Shown one piece after another: positions 61,712 to 64,000 of a stretch of 64,000 nucleotides of DNA. Each line of letters begins with the position of its first letter. Position 1 is the first letter of the stretch. The notes beneath the pieces are model-generated. The model was not told the origin of the DNA and did not search any database. It saw nothing but the letters and a program-made list of their open reading frames with translations. The position numbers and the translations under genes were made by a program. Origin of the DNA: Octopus sinensis (taxonomy: Eukaryota); the NCBI RefSeq assembly GCF_006345805.1, contig NC_043024.1:6944001-7008000 (forward strand). Direction: 5' to 3'.

Positions 61712-62724
61712 AGGGATTAATAAATCGAGGCAGATATCTAGAAAGCACTCGGCATTAAGCAAACTTGTTTAACTATCAATCAGACACCAATAAATTCAAA
61801 TTGAATTAACATCCAAAATAATTCTTTGTATATACCTGTTGTACCTCCCTGCTAAATCAATTTTGATACCAACTGTTGTAGATTAACCTCTAGACACACA
61901 CTCCCAGAATCAACCAGCCTTCGTTTCTATGGTTTAGCCAGTTACCATCATAGTCTTAGAAAATGCTGCGTTCAATACGGCTTCTGCTTACTGTAACCAT
62001 CATAGCTATTTTTACAGTCACCATATTTGATGGCATAACAGACACACAGAGGTATTAGATGCACCCCACATCACAATTTCAGCAGCGCTTGTTCAGGAAA
62101 TTAATAAAAAAAATAAAAAGGCTTTTAGTGCTTTAAAGCACTGCTTATAGGGTCCAGGGTGAATTTTTTGTTTTTTTGGTGGGGAGGGAAGAAAACATGT
62201 CTTGTATGCCATCAAATATGTTCGTTAGTACCACAACTATTACAGATAATTAGTATTGTAATAAGTTAGTGCCACTACTACTACTGTAACCACCAGGTAC
62301 CAGGATATGGGTGAAGTAGCAAAGCAGTGGGATTGAAATGTTTTTGTTGAATGTCGTTTTCAATTTTTCCCCTGTGCACCTCCATGCCCACCCCTACTGT
62401 CTTTCACCACCAACAGAGCTGGTGGTGAAGGTGGGTTGGGTTATGAGCCAACATCTGTTTATCTTTCCATCCCCCACCCCACCCGAATGGGATAAGGGTG
62501 GGTGGGTGGGTTGGTTTGTTAATTAATTAAAATTACAACGATGAACTTAACTGCCTCTCTTCTCCCAATCTTGCAGCTTATTCCACTTCCTCTGCTTATC
62601 TTATGTCCAATCAATCAATCAATCAATCAATATATATATATATATTATTAGTAGCTCTACAATTGAATACTAATTAGAAAAGTAAAACTATTGTTGCTAT
62701 TAGTTATTAAATGGTTCTGCATGT

Positions 62725-63700
62725 CCAATTAGCAGAATCGTTAGAAAGTTGGCCAAAACAGCTTGCGTCATTTAGTTTCGATTGATCCTATGTGTTCCAG
62801 GTTGAAATCCCATTGTAAAGAGCTCCCCCGAAACTTTTCCCATTTCATTCTTCCTGGGGAGGGGCTTTGGGAGAGAGACCGATAAAATAAAGCTCCAGTT
62901 TAGTGCTGGGTGGGTTGTTGAGGAGGCGGGGGTGTATTTAATCGGAAACCACCCTCCCCCCACATTTGAGGCCTTGTGCCTGTGTCACAAATCAATTTTA
63001 AGTGATTTCAAATCCTGCCAAGGTGGACTTGACCTATCTTCTTTCCCTCCAGTGGGGTTGGTTTATAAAGTTCATACTTGTTATGACTAATGAGATTAAA
63101 TACACCCCCTCCTCTCACCTTCTACCTTAGATATACATTATTATTATTTACATTCTCAGTTTAGATTCCACCAAGGCTGACTTTATCATCCTTTCATTTC
63201 AGGGTCAATGAAATAAGTACCAGTGATATACTGTGGTCAATGAAATCGACTAGCCCCCTCCCCCCAAATTTCAGGCTTTGTGCCTATAATAGAAAGGATT
63301 ATTATTCTTAGGGCAGTGGCTTGGCATTCTGAGTTCAAATTCTACCAGCATTGATTTTGTCAGTGAAATACTGGGGTCAGTGTTACCGACTAGCACCACC
63401 CCCTCCTCCGAAATGTCTGACCTTGTGCCAGTGTTAGCAACGATTGTATGGGGGTGGGGATTGAAGAATCTATAGTGTTGGACAAAATACCTTGTATTTC
63501 ATTACGTCTCTATCCCGAGTTCAAATCTCACTGAGGTCAGCTTTGTCATTTATTCTTCGAGGGTCAATGAAATGAAGTACCTGTCAAGTACTGGGTGGTA
63601 GTGCTGCATAGAAAATACCTAGTGGTATTACCTTTGTAGTTCAAATCCTGCTGAGTACCAGTTATACATTGGTGGTGGTGATTGAACTGACTGCACCACT
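62725..63700 (+). mobile_element. Cluster of degenerate Nin/Sauria-like SINE copies
   Basis: repeated gagttcaaat..gactttg..ggggtcaatgaaataagtaccag-like blocks. Confidence 0.65.
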
Positions 63701-64000
63701 CCTGCTGCTACGTTCTTAGTTCTTTACAAATCCATTGATTTCTGCTAAAGTTATCTTTGTTTACTTGATAAATTGCCCCAACTTGCCAGAATCTCGTTTT
63801 GAATATGTCCCCCTCCCATTCTGCCCCCACCCTGCAAACACACACACATGCACGTGTACCTAAATCAAACACCAGTGGTATAGCTTCTGTCACCGTTCCA
63901 AACCAATCACTATACCTTTACCAAGGTGTTTAACGAGACTTGTAGTCCTTTGATGCTACAGCTAAAGAATAAAGGCTTTTGTTCCGTCTGTCTTCTATAT

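Overview
AT-rich eukaryotic DNA packed with SINEs, MITEs and microsatellites. The SINE families suggest an octopus or other coleoid cephalopod (inference). The only intact protein-coding gene I can support is a + strand ERM (ezrin/radixin/moesin) gene. Twelve GT-AG exons from 8292 to 43111 splice in frame into 550 aa plus stop: a FERM domain lacking its first ~32 aa (probably upstream of the window), the alpha-helical region, and a C-ERMAD ending [24 protein letters not shown]. Introns and the 3' flank hold fossils of a piggyBac transposase (11.1-11.5 kb), a mariner transposase (29.3-29.9 kb) and a heavily decayed Helitron RepHel (49.2-51.4 kb). They also hold a 5S rRNA pseudogene abutting a tRNA-SINE, a Helentron-like element, TTAA and hAT MITEs, and several SINE families. 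Most worth following up: a perfect GTAAGT donor overlapping the ERM stop codon, with candidate downstream terminal exons; an antisense hammerhead-ribozyme-like motif at 44.8 kb; a chimeric U-S-U-S-U tandem duplication; a 165-bp foldback; and several small exon-adjacent duplications. All calls were made by eye without database searches. I found no clearly new multi-gene system.
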